This document shows, piece after piece, positions 46,757 through 55,850 of a DNA stretch of 64,000 nucleotides (positions are counted from its first letter, which is position 1; each line of letters begins with the position of its first letter). The stretch lies in assembly GCA_963665665.1 (NCBI GenBank), contig OY762428.1:2656001-2720000 (forward strand). The letters run 5' to 3'. Below the pieces are notes generated by a model. That model was not told the origin of the DNA. It made no database searches and was given only the letters and a program-made list of their open reading frames with translations. The position numbers were made by a program, and so were the translations under genes. The stretch is from Candidatus Kapaibacterium sp. GTDB lineage: Bacteria > Bacteroidota > Ignavibacteria > Kapaibacteriales > UBA2268.

Positions 46757-48367
46757 CTAAAGATTCTTTTTAGATACTTTACGTCCTTTCATTGTGTAAA
46801 GCACCGGCCGCAATTCCTTCTTTGCTGTCCCATTGGGTGTTGCAGGACGCTTGAGAACAATCTCCGTCGTTTCCAGGCTAACCTCTGCTCCCCATAAGTA
46901 TTCAATACCCATCAGCACATCCGGAACAAAATCTTTGATAAGTTGCTTGCCTTCAAACTGGTGCTTCAGATAAAGTTTCTCGCCGCCTGATTTACTTTCG
47001 TCAACTTCAATTACAGGCGGATGATAGAGAGAGTCTATCAGCATTTTCTTGTAGTCTTCGGCTTTGCGGCTTTTTACATAATACTCAACTGTCTGTCGCT
47101 GCTGGTTATAGCGCTGCCCCACAACAAACAGGTTGTACATATCCACGAAGTCCTGATCCACGAAAGTGTTAATCAGCATGAAATCAGTAAAACTGCTCCT
47201 GATATCAAAAATTGCATCTTTCCCAAGGCCGGCATTGGTATTATAATTATCACGTTTCTCTGAATTTCTGAGAATCTGGTAACGATAGTTCAGTTTGCCT
47301 TTGTCAGCAAGATCCTCAATATACTGCAGGAGCCGCAGCCCTATTGCATAAGGGTTAAGCCCTACTCGGGAAATTGACGTTACTCCGGCGTTAAGCCTTG
47401 CATATCCAACTTCGTGGCCTTTAATCCTGTCGTCCATACGGAAAAGTTTGTCATGCCAATAGCTTGCCCAGCCCTCATTGCATATCTTTGACCTGATCTG
47501 GGGTGCAAAGTACAGGGAAGTATTGCGAACAACTGCCATAACTGATTTCATCCAGGCATTTTTGCGAAAGTTCAGGATTGGAGAATTGTCCAAAAGAAAT
47601 TGCATCAGATCGATATACTCTTTCTTTTCGCTTTTCCTTGACTCGGTATAAAGCGCTTCAAACTCCGGGTATTTATTCTTCACATCGGAAAAGAACATGC
47701 TTCCTGCCATATCAGGATTTTGATCGTGAAGTGCGTTATACCTTGATATTTCTTTATAAATATTATTCGTGCTGAGTTTTTTCTCCTCCTGGAGAAAAAC
47801 GTCAAAATAGTAAGAAAGCTTGTCTTCCGGCATCTTTTCGGCAGGGATATTATTCCTGCTCAGCCCGTGGAAATAGCCCGTTATATTATCAATTGAACGC
47901 GCGAATTCCAGGCTGTAATCAACCCAGCGTCCGTGCCTGGAGCGCAGGCTTTCTATCAGTCTTTTATCCGCCAGAGCCTGGCCTGCAAAGTCATCGTTCC
48001 AGGTATGCTCGAAGAGAATACTGTTCTGGAAAAAATCTATATGCCCAAGCACGTGATAGAAGATCATAATATTCATCCAGTCCGGGTTATTATCATTATA
48101 AAATGAAATTGCCGGACGGGTATTGATCACGGTTTCATAAGGATTGTTCGGATAAAGTTTGTACTTACCGTACTGCTTCAATACCTCAACGTCGTGAACC
48201 CAGTAATCATACAAAGTAGGTATCATTACCTTTGGCGAAAGGTCGAGCATATCCTTGTTGGTAACAATATATTCAAGCGTTTCATTATCGAAGCTCAGCC
48301 CGGCGTCTCTTGCACGGACCTTGCATTCTTCCATGATCGCTTTCGTTTTTTGATCTATAAGCTTCAT
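46757..48367 (-). CDS. spoVR: SpoVR/YcgB family protein
   Basis: YETVINTRP, YHVLGHIDFF, YFAPQIRSKICNEGWASYWH and NPYAIG. Confidence 0.93.
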   Translation of the reverse strand: MKLIDQKTKAIMEECKVRARDAGLSFDNETLEYIVTNKDMLDLSPKVMIPTLYDYWVHDVEVLKQYGKYKLYPNNPYETVINTRPAISFYNDNNPDWMNIMIFYHVLGHIDFFQNSILFEHTWNDDFAGQALADKRLIESLRSRHGRWVDYSLEFARSIDNITGYFHGLSRNNIPAEKMPEDKLSYYFDVFLQEEKKLSTNNIYKEISRYNALHDQNPDMAGSMFFSDVKNKYPEFEALYTESRKSEKKEYIDLMQFLLDNSPILNFRKNAWMKSVMAVVRNTSLYFAPQIRSKICNEGWASYWHDKLFRMDDRIKGHEVGYARLNAGVTSISRVGLNPYAIGLRLLQYIEDLADKGKLNYRYQILRNSEKRDNYNTNAGLGKDAIFDIRSSFTDFMLINTFVDQDFVDMYNLFVVGQRYNQQRQTVEYYVKSRKAEDYKKMLIDSLYHPPVIEVDESKSGGEKLYLKHQFEGKQLIKDFVPDVLMGIEYLWGAEVSLETTEIVLKRPATPNGTAKKELRPVLYTMKGRKVSKKNL

Positions 48368-48403
48368 TGCTTTTCCGGTCGTATAATTATTAATTCGATG
48401 TCA

Positions 48404-49789
48404 TCAGGAAATCAGGTTCCTGATTCCTTCAACTATCCTGCTTTCGGATACTCCGGTTGAGTGGAAGGCATCAAGACGCAGAAGTTCCTGCATAGATTTC
48501 AGAAGTCCGGATGCATCCATGTATTTTTCCACCGTTGTCGGAGATGATCCGGCCCATGAATTTTTAGCTACAGTTATTCCCACCCTGTTCGAGTATTTCA
48601 GGATTTCCTTCAGCTCTTTCAGCATTTCCTTGCCGCTTGAATCCCAGTCGTCACCGTCAGTACCATAAAACACGTAGATATTATAATGCGCGGCAAAACC
48701 GCCTTCCTCCACAATTTTATTAACTAAGTTGAATGCCGGGGCAATCTTTGTGCCGCCTGCCACCTGCGAACGGTAGTAGGTGTCAAAATCAGGAACTTCC
48801 TTTGCTTCGGTGTCGTGAACGATAAACTTGGTTTCGACGTTGCCCTGGTACTGGAACATCAGCCAGGAATAAAGCAGCAGGTGCTGCTGAGCGATAACTT
48901 TTGTAGGGTCGCCCTGCATGGAACCGGAATAGTCCCTCAGGAAGAATACCATCGCCTGCGATTCAAAATCCTTCTCTTTGGACAGTATCCTGAAAACCTG
49001 ATCGTTAGGATTTATCAGCAGATCCTGAGTATCAATTGGCTCGCCTGCTTTTACCCTGCCGAGCTGGATATTAGTCTGTACAATTTTCTTAATAGTTTCT
49101 TTTTTCTCGAGTATCTGCCCGAATCCGCGGTTACGGTCTGTCAGGTCGTAGATATACTTTGTCATCGAGCGCTTGGTTCCTTTTTGCTTCAGGTTGGGCA
49201 GCTTGAATTTTTCGGTTATTACCCTGCCGAGATCGAAAGCGTCCTGGCTAACGTCGTGATCGCTGCCGTCTCCCTGGCCTGCGCCGGTACCTTCGCCCTC
49301 GCCCTGCTGAGGCTGTGCCGGCTGCTCGCCGATAACTTCGCCTTCGTCGCCTTCACCGGAACCGCCAGTTTCACCTTCGCCTTCACCATCACTTTCTTCA
49401 GTAACGGAATCATCATGGTAAAACTTTGGTTCCGTAGTGCTGGGAACGATAATTACTTTATTATCCTTTCCCTGTCCGGGCTTAATCAATTTTCCGATTT
49501 TTATCCTTCTCGGGAAACCGTCTTCCTCCCTTTTATTATCCTGGTCGAGCAGTTCATCCAGTGTTTTCAGGTCCATCACAGCGGAATGCGGTGGCCTGAA
49601 ATATCCGGGAAGGATATCGAAATCGCTCTTGTCATAAAGTCCCTGAGTCGGCGGTAAAACCGGGTCGTTCTCTTCGGGCCTGACTCCGGCAATCTCCCGG
49701 AGCATCATACTTCCATGCTCGGGAGAGTCATCTTCCAGAAGGTATTTTCTGTATAATTTATATAATTCTTCTTCTTTTTTCGATTTCAT
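48404..49789 (-). CDS. DUF444 (YeaH/YhbH) family vWA-like protein
   Basis: Gly/Glu-rich linker, MIDAS-like DYSGSM, FIVHDTEA, GGT and YVFYGTDGDDW. Lies between prkA and spoVR. Confidence 0.92.
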   Translation of the reverse strand: MKSKKEEELYKLYRKYLLEDDSPEHGSMMLREIAGVRPEENDPVLPPTQGLYDKSDFDILPGYFRPPHSAVMDLKTLDELLDQDNKREEDGFPRRIKIGKLIKPGQGKDNKVIIVPSTTEPKFYHDDSVTEESDGEGEGETGGSGEGDEGEVIGEQPAQPQQGEGEGTGAGQGDGSDHDVSQDAFDLGRVITEKFKLPNLKQKGTKRSMTKYIYDLTDRNRGFGQILEKKETIKKIVQTNIQLGRVKAGEPIDTQDLLINPNDQVFRILSKEKDFESQAMVFFLRDYSGSMQGDPTKVIAQQHLLLYSWLMFQYQGNVETKFIVHDTEAKEVPDFDTYYRSQVAGGTKIAPAFNLVNKIVEEGGFAAHYNIYVFYGTDGDDWDSSGKEMLKELKEILKYSNRVGITVAKNSWAGSSPTTVEKYMDASGLLKSMQELLRLDAFHSTGVSESRIVEGIRNLIS

Positions 49790-49823
49790 TTTCAGCCATT
49801 ATATTTTTTTCTTAATGTACGGC

Positions 49824-51908
49824 TTAATTACTGTCGTCCTGAGAGCAGAAATACTCAATTGTCTTTTCAGAGCAAGTTCTGCAATAGCCCAGCTTGTTCA
49901 TCATTGTATCAATCATCCTGTTGTATAATTTCTGATTTTCCTCGTTAGTTCTGTTCGACAGGGCACCAACAAGGCTTCCTGCCCCGGCAACATCGGATTT
50001 CAGCCTGACATCTGTAACAGCTTTCACCAGGTCGTTGTTGTCCATGAAATTATAATTTGGTTCGCGGATCATCTTCTGTCCGTATATTTTTGCAATAGTT
50101 GTGCGGAAGCTCTGTTTCTGTTCCTTGTTTTTAAGGCCCATGCGGTCTTCCACGCTGTTGATGAAAGTTTCGTCGATTTTCATTGAAACCAGTTTACCGG
50201 TTTGTGGATCGCGATATGTCCACATTTTATCGGTACCAAGGTTTTTAGCGTCGATGCCGATGATCATATTCACATAGTTCATAACGTCTTTTTCAATTGC
50301 GTCCGGTTCGTCCATGTAGGCGTTGAAAATAGTCGTCATTACATTTTTGCGGTGAAGTCCGCGGGCTATTTTCGCATCGTTCAGATATTTTGCCCTGTCG
50401 TTGGAATCCTGTACGTAATCAAGTATTACACTTTCGAGCGCGGGGAAAATATCTCCGGCATACATGCATTTGCCTTCCTGTGTTTCCGAGCGTTCCAGCA
50501 GCACCTGGATGGCGCGGCCAAGATTCCTGTGGCCAAGCCCTTTCTGACCGAAACGTTTAGTTACGTCAGGATCGTTGTTCAGGTCGCTGATAACTTCGCT
50601 CAGAGTTTTAATACTCTTTTCTCCGGCCACTTCTCCGGCGCTTAGTTTCATCATTTCGATTGATGTAAGCTTATCGGATTTTGGCATTCTTGTAAGGGTA
50701 ATAGCTACCGAAACTGCATAATTCAAATTTGGGTCGATATGCATCTGGTCGCCGCTGAAAGTAGTTTTCTTGCGTCCGCCGATGGCATATCTTGTCAGTT
50801 GTTTCTGCAACAGGTAATTTGTATTGTGCGACATGTAGCAGAGCCGGCAGCGGTCAACAATCGGAGCCTGTTCTTTTTCTTCAAGGAAGCGGGCAAATTC
50901 CGAGTTGTTGGATGTTGCAATGATAAGTGTATCCAAAGGCCATTTGAATCCTTCGATATCAATTGTCCGGTTCTGGATAACGCCAAGGTAAACCTGCACC
51001 AGGTCGCGCTTGTTCTTGAATATCTCATCCGAGAAATGGATACCGCCGCCAGCCACGCGGGCAAGAGCGCCACGCCTGAGGTCGAAACGGTAAGGGTTGT
51101 TTGTATCTGTAATATTAAGAATCCTTGAAATCGATTCCTCACCGAGAAGATCCACTGCCGAAGATGTAATCTTATCTTTAGCGGCATATTTACCGGTTAC
51201 GGTTCCCCTTGATTCGCTTATCGGAACGGGAACAATTTCAATCATATCCAGCATGGCATTCATATCACCGCCGGTAAATTCCCGTACCTGTTCCCATATA
51301 TAATCAGTACAGGCACCAAGCGGACGATAGGCATTGTAAATTTCTTCAATTTTTTCTTCGCTGCCACCGTTTTTTATCATGAAGTTGATATTGTCTTCTT
51401 TTGACTCGAAAAGGTTCATGGCAAGAACCATCGGATCTTCGAAAGTCTGCGACTCGATAAATTTGATTTTTCCGTAATCGCCAAGATTGTCAAGACCATT
51501 GAAGCGGAAAGTATAGCGTTTGTTTTCCGGACGTGATATAAAATTCCTGTACAGGTAGGACAGGTGATCGACGAAGAAAGTTTTACCGTTGCCGGGTTCG
51601 CCGATCAGGACAAATGCCATTTCGGAAGAAGAGCCGCCCTCGGCAGCGTCCTTCACATAGGATACGAAGCTGTTAATTTCATCGTACATGCCGATGATAT
51701 GTTTTTTCCCCTGGCGGAAAATCTTAAAATCATAGGTGGAACGACCGTTAACGGTCACTTTCTCGATCATTGACTGATCTTCAAGAATCATTCTTGAAAC
51801 AGATTTAAAAACGTTTTCAAATCTTCTTTTTCCATTTAATACATTTTGCACGTGAAAGGCGAGCGAGTTTTCAGCTGCCTTGGGTACTGCCGTTGTTCTC
51901 TTTGCCAT
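49824..51908 (-). CDS. prkA: PrkA/YeaG-family AAA+ serine protein kinase
   Basis: Walker A GEPGNGKT, Walker B-like IHFSDE, IIATSNNSE, and C-terminal KLGYCRTC. GGAGG RBS. Confidence 0.92.
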   Translation of the reverse strand: MAKRTTAVPKAAENSLAFHVQNVLNGKRRFENVFKSVSRMILEDQSMIEKVTVNGRSTYDFKIFRQGKKHIIGMYDEINSFVSYVKDAAEGGSSSEMAFVLIGEPGNGKTFFVDHLSYLYRNFISRPENKRYTFRFNGLDNLGDYGKIKFIESQTFEDPMVLAMNLFESKEDNINFMIKNGGSEEKIEEIYNAYRPLGACTDYIWEQVREFTGGDMNAMLDMIEIVPVPISESRGTVTGKYAAKDKITSSAVDLLGEESISRILNITDTNNPYRFDLRRGALARVAGGGIHFSDEIFKNKRDLVQVYLGVIQNRTIDIEGFKWPLDTLIIATSNNSEFARFLEEKEQAPIVDRCRLCYMSHNTNYLLQKQLTRYAIGGRKKTTFSGDQMHIDPNLNYAVSVAITLTRMPKSDKLTSIEMMKLSAGEVAGEKSIKTLSEVISDLNNDPDVTKRFGQKGLGHRNLGRAIQVLLERSETQEGKCMYAGDIFPALESVILDYVQDSNDRAKYLNDAKIARGLHRKNVMTTIFNAYMDEPDAIEKDVMNYVNMIIGIDAKNLGTDKMWTYRDPQTGKLVSMKIDETFINSVEDRMGLKNKEQKQSFRTTIAKIYGQKMIREPNYNFMDNNDLVKAVTDVRLKSDVAGAGSLVGALSNRTNEENQKLYNRMIDTMMNKLGYCRTCSEKTIEYFCSQDDSN

Positions 51909-51973
51909 AATGGGCCTCCGGTAAAAAAATTAAATTATTATTTCAAATTCTAAGTAAAAATCTTATTTAGTTT

Positions 51974-53370
51974 TGACCTTCCCAAACCCGCCTTATCGGG
52001 ATCCGAAGGAGGGGCTTTGAATCTTAGCCCTCCCCTTCGGGGAGGGTTTGGGAGGGGTCGGAAAATCCGTTATATATTTTCAATTCAAACATTATCTATA
52101 AAGCTTTTTATTTTCAATCTCTCTTTTTCAGGAGATTTTATTACTTCGGAATTTATATTATAATCTTCTGAATCCCCAAAATATGTTTATAATTGTAAAA
52201 TTGTCAAATATCCGGTAACTGACCTCCCCAAACCCCTCCGAAGGAGGGGCTTTGAATCTTAGCCCTCCCCTTCGGGGAGGGTTTGGGAGGGGTCGGAAAA
52301 TCCGATATATATTTTCAAATCAAACATTATCTATAAAGCTTTTAATTTTCAATGCAATTTCCACAGGAGATTTTATTACTTCGGAATTTCTGAATCGGAT
52401 AACTTGATACCCTAATTCGATTAAATTTTTCTCCCTGTTTCTATCATATTCTTTTTGCTTCAAATGAATCTTACCATCTATTTCAATTATAACTTTCTTT
52501 TTTAGACAAACAAAATCAACAATAAATCTGTCAATAACATGTTGTCTTCTAATTTTGTATCCAATTTTCTTGTTTTTTAAATAATTCCATAATTTTTCTT
52601 CTTCAACAGTCTTATTATCCTTCATTCTTTTACGAGTATCTTTTACTATTTTATACACGAATGGGTTCGCTGTTATATATTTTGGTTGTTCGCCATATTT
52701 ATTCCTACCATCCATTTTTAAACTCGTAAAAATCTTAAATATTATCAAATAGTATCATATGCTGAAACTGACCTCCCCAAACCCCTCCGAAGGAGGGGCT
52801 TTGAATCTTAGCCCTCCCCTTCGGGGAGGGTTTGGGAGGGGTCGGAAAATCCGATATATATTTTCAAATCAAACATTATCTATAAAGCTTATAATTTTCA
52901 ATGTAATTTCCTCAGGAGATTTTATTACTTCGGAATTTATATTATAATCTTCTGAATCTCCAAAATATGTTTATCATTTTAAAATTGTCAAACATTCAGT
53001 TACTGACCTCCCCAAACCCGCCTTGTCCCGGCTTGTCGGGATCCGAAGGAGGGGCTTTGAATCTTAGCCCTCCCCTTCGGGGAGGGTTTGGGAGGGGTCG
53101 GAAAATCCGATATATATTTTCAAATCAAACATTATCAATAAAGCTTTTAATTTTCAATGCAATTTCCTCAGGAGATTTTATTACTTCGGAATTTATATTA
53201 TAATCTTCTGAATCCCCAAAATATGTTTATCATTTTAAAATTGTCAAACATTCAGTTACTGACCTCCCCAAACCCGTCTTGTCCCGGCTTGTCGGGATCC
53301 GAAGGAGGGGCTTACTGCAAAGCTCTCCCCTTCGGGGAAGTTGCCACACCTCGTGTGTTGGGAGGGGTCA
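51974..53370. repeat. Tandem array of five TGACC...GGTC REP-like palindromic doublets around a DUF559 gene
   Basis: Units start at 51974, 52220, 52769, 53004 and 53260 (lengths 246, 549, 235, 256, then a terminal palindrome). Confidence 0.95.
52320..52715 (-). CDS. DUF559 / Vsr-like endonuclease domain protein
   Basis: TVEEEKLWNYLK, KIRRQHVIDRFIVDFVC, IIEIDGKIH, YDRNRE and LGYQVIRFRNSEV. ATG at 52715. Confidence 0.92.
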   Translation of the reverse strand: MDGRNKYGEQPKYITANPFVYKIVKDTRKRMKDNKTVEEEKLWNYLKNKKIGYKIRRQHVIDRFIVDFVCLKKKVIIEIDGKIHLKQKEYDRNREKNLIELGYQVIRFRNSEVIKSPVEIALKIKSFIDNV

Positions 53371-53441
53371 AAGAATCAGTTCTATTTTCAAAGTTACATT
53401 TCTCTTGTAGCGAAGCTCTGCTTCGTATTGAATTATCAGCA

Positions 53442-53680
53442 AATTCCCCTCCTGTGGAGGGGTGCCCGAAGGGCGGGGTGGTTAAAATAAAAAATACAGG
53501 ATTGCAAAAAAATTCAATAACAAAGAAACCACCCTTTCGAAGATACCTTTCTTCTGAATTTTTGCAATTTGTCATTCTGGTGGAGCGAAGCGACTGAAGA
53601 ATCCGGATTTCTTATCAGATATTGGTGAAGAATTGATTCTTCGCTACGCTCAGCCTGCCCTCGATTTATCGGGGAATGAC
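53442..53680. repeat. Two further REP-like elements
   Basis: AATTCCCCTCC...GGAGGGGTGCCCGAAGGGCGGGGTGG (53442-53481) and GTCATTCTG...GAAGAATC / GATTCTTC...GAATGAC (53571-53680). Confidence 0.8.
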
Positions 53681-53940
53681 TGCCTGTGTAATTCAAATTA
53701 CCTATTTCAATGTACGGCTAAGATTATATCTATATCTAACGAAAAAGACTGTCGGGGGTTTTAAATTATTTTTTTTCCCGCCTGAAGACAAACATGAGTC
53801 ATCAGGCTATAATTTAATAAAAAATAATTTCAAATACACTTATAAAATGGATGAAGCGAAAATATTTATTGTAACCAATTATTGAATTGCCGTGTTGAAA
53901 TTAACATAAAAAGGTTTGCCGGAATATGAAGGAGTAAAAA

Positions 53941-54885
53941 ATGCTGAAACTACTACTCATAGCAATAATATTTATTTCATCAATTGCCGATTGTATTGGC
54001 GGGATTTACGGCCAGCTTACCTGCTTGGTAGTTGATGAGGATGGTAAAGAAATTTTAAGAAATGATTTTAAAGTTGATAACAAAGTATATTATCCAAGAG
54101 ATATTGTTAAACCTGATACATTATTTTTCCTTGATTCATTGTCGCCGGGATTCCATACAATCATTTCATCTCCGTTTATTAGCCCTTACAGTTCCTGTGA
54201 AACTGAAGTAAGAATAGCTGTGGATTCCGTTACTATTGTTTACTTTTATCCCGGGATACGCCATTCTGTTTTCGGAACATATCAAGATTATTCTACCGAA
54301 ATGGTTGTTATTGAAAATTCATCCATTCAGGGAGTAAAGTCAGGTGAATGGGATCGTTTATATAATACAGGTAGGCGAGAGTATTATGTTGGGCCAACCG
54401 AGCATAGCTGCCAAAGCGAAGTTTACGGCCCTTTCCCGATATATGATCTTCCAGAAAACACAAGCGATTCTACCACTACCGGCAGTACCAAAAATGATAC
54501 TAACCAAACCACCCGGCCTGATACAACAACAAAGCAGGACTTCGGTGTTCTGAAAGGAAAAGTTATGGATGAGAATGGTAAGCCGGTAATTGGCGCAACT
54601 GTCAGGGTAGTTGGTACAAAACGAGGGACTTATGTCAAGAATAAGGATGGATCGTTTAAAATTGTAAAGATTCCGGCAGGAACTTATACTGTAAAAGTTA
54701 GCAGCGTTGGTTTTCATAACACTGAGGAAGATGTACAAATAATTGCCGGATCGATGGTGCCTTTTTCCTGTGTCCTTCATAAAAATGTGTTTAAAGGAGG
54801 TCAATATAATTGTTTCTTTAAACCACTAGTCCGAAACGATGATATCGGCACTATACGCAGTATTTCCCCAGAGGAATTGCGTTAG
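53941..54885 (+). CDS. Exported protein with a carboxypeptidase regulatory-like domain
   Basis: Signal peptide and LKGKVMDENGKPVIGATVRVVGTKRG...IPAGTYTVKVSSVGF. AAGGAG RBS. Confidence 0.85.
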   Translation: MLKLLLIAIIFISSIADCIGGIYGQLTCLVVDEDGKEILRNDFKVDNKVYYPRDIVKPDTLFFLDSLSPGFHTIISSPFISPYSSCETEVRIAVDSVTIVYFYPGIRHSVFGTYQDYSTEMVVIENSSIQGVKSGEWDRLYNTGRREYYVGPTEHSCQSEVYGPFPIYDLPENTSDSTTTGSTKNDTNQTTRPDTTTKQDFGVLKGKVMDENGKPVIGATVRVVGTKRGTYVKNKDGSFKIVKIPAGTYTVKVSSVGFHNTEEDVQIIAGSMVPFSCVLHKNVFKGGQYNCFFKPLVRNDDIGTIRSISPEELR

Positions 54886-54915
54886 TTTATTTTTTTAAAA
54901 TATCCACAAAAAAAC

Positions 54916-54949
54916 AGCCCCGTTTGATCATCGTGAAAAAAACGGGGCT
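54916..54949. terminator. Bidirectional terminator between convergent genes
   Basis: AGCCCCGTTT...AAACGGGGCT inverted repeat. Confidence 0.75.
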
Positions 54950-54972
54950 TGTTTGACGTAAATATGTTTGTT

Positions 54973-55833
54973 TTAAGGCTGGTTCTTAATCAGGAAGAAT
55001 GTATCCCTGATAGCGTGTGCCGAGCCAAATGTACCTATACCGCCTTCAATATTTCCGAGATTGTCGTCATACTGGTTGGCCTGGAAATGCTGAAGGAACC
55101 ACATTGTGTAATTGAAATCAGGAACATATACAGTAACTTCTGTTTTACCAAACCATTTGAATATATTCCATACAACACTTGATTTGTTATTGGCAATAAA
55201 TGCCCAGTTGGTTATCTCATAAAAATCTTCTTCATCGCTCCAGTCCCTCCATATACGCCTGTTCATTTCATCTGTCGGGGGATCAAGGTATTTTCCGTAT
55301 TCCAATGTATCAAGGCATTTTACAGATAATGGAAAGAAGTTATACCCGGGGACACTCTGCCATGAAATTTCGCGCCTGTCCGGGAAGTTTATCGTATCTT
55401 TCGGGAACTGTAGCTGGTCTTCAATATCAGTAGTCCAGGCTGTTCTGCCGGGAGTTTCTGTCCATGCGTAAAGTTCTTCATCACCGATTGTTATGAACAG
55501 TTCATATTTGGTTTCAGGTTTTACTAAATATTCCTGGTCTTCGGCATAATATCCATTTTCACCTTCAGGATCTATTATCAGTTCAAATTCTTTGCCATCG
55601 CCTTTTATTACAACCCTTGCATCCCTGATAAGAGCATCTTCGTAGTTGAATGTACTGTTTATCGGCTGAGTTTTCGTTACGGCTATATTCTGAATTGGTT
55701 CGTCAATTAGCAATACAGCCTGAACAAAATTCTGTTCGATGTAGTCTGTAGGCGGTTCATCTTCACATGATGAAAGAACGATAAGTAAAAGCGGTAAAAG
55801 TATTACTATTATTTTATTTTTAAATGTTTTCAT
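54973..55833 (-). CDS. DUF4249-like lipoprotein
   Basis: Lipobox LSSC, YELFIT and C-terminal GNIEGGIGTFGS. Directly downstream of a TonB receptor. Confidence 0.85.
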   Translation of the reverse strand: MKTFKNKIIVILLPLLLIVLSSCEDEPPTDYIEQNFVQAVLLIDEPIQNIAVTKTQPINSTFNYEDALIRDARVVIKGDGKEFELIIDPEGENGYYAEDQEYLVKPETKYELFITIGDEELYAWTETPGRTAWTTDIEDQLQFPKDTINFPDRREISWQSVPGYNFFPLSVKCLDTLEYGKYLDPPTDEMNRRIWRDWSDEEDFYEITNWAFIANNKSSVVWNIFKWFGKTEVTVYVPDFNYTMWFLQHFQANQYDDNLGNIEGGIGTFGSAHAIRDTFFLIKNQP

Positions 55834-55850
55834 TGTTATTCCATCCCTGA

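Noticed and set aside
48815-49657. 280-aa antisense ORF
   Set aside because: It is a shadow of the DUF444 gene, with no motifs.
51974-53370. CRISPR array
   Set aside because: The repeats are about 75 bp, the intervals are homologous to each other rather than unique spacers, and there are no cas genes in the window.
52759-53885. Small ORFs across the repeat array
   Set aside because: They are translations of palindromic repeats (LTSPNPS, PLRGG), with no independent coding evidence.
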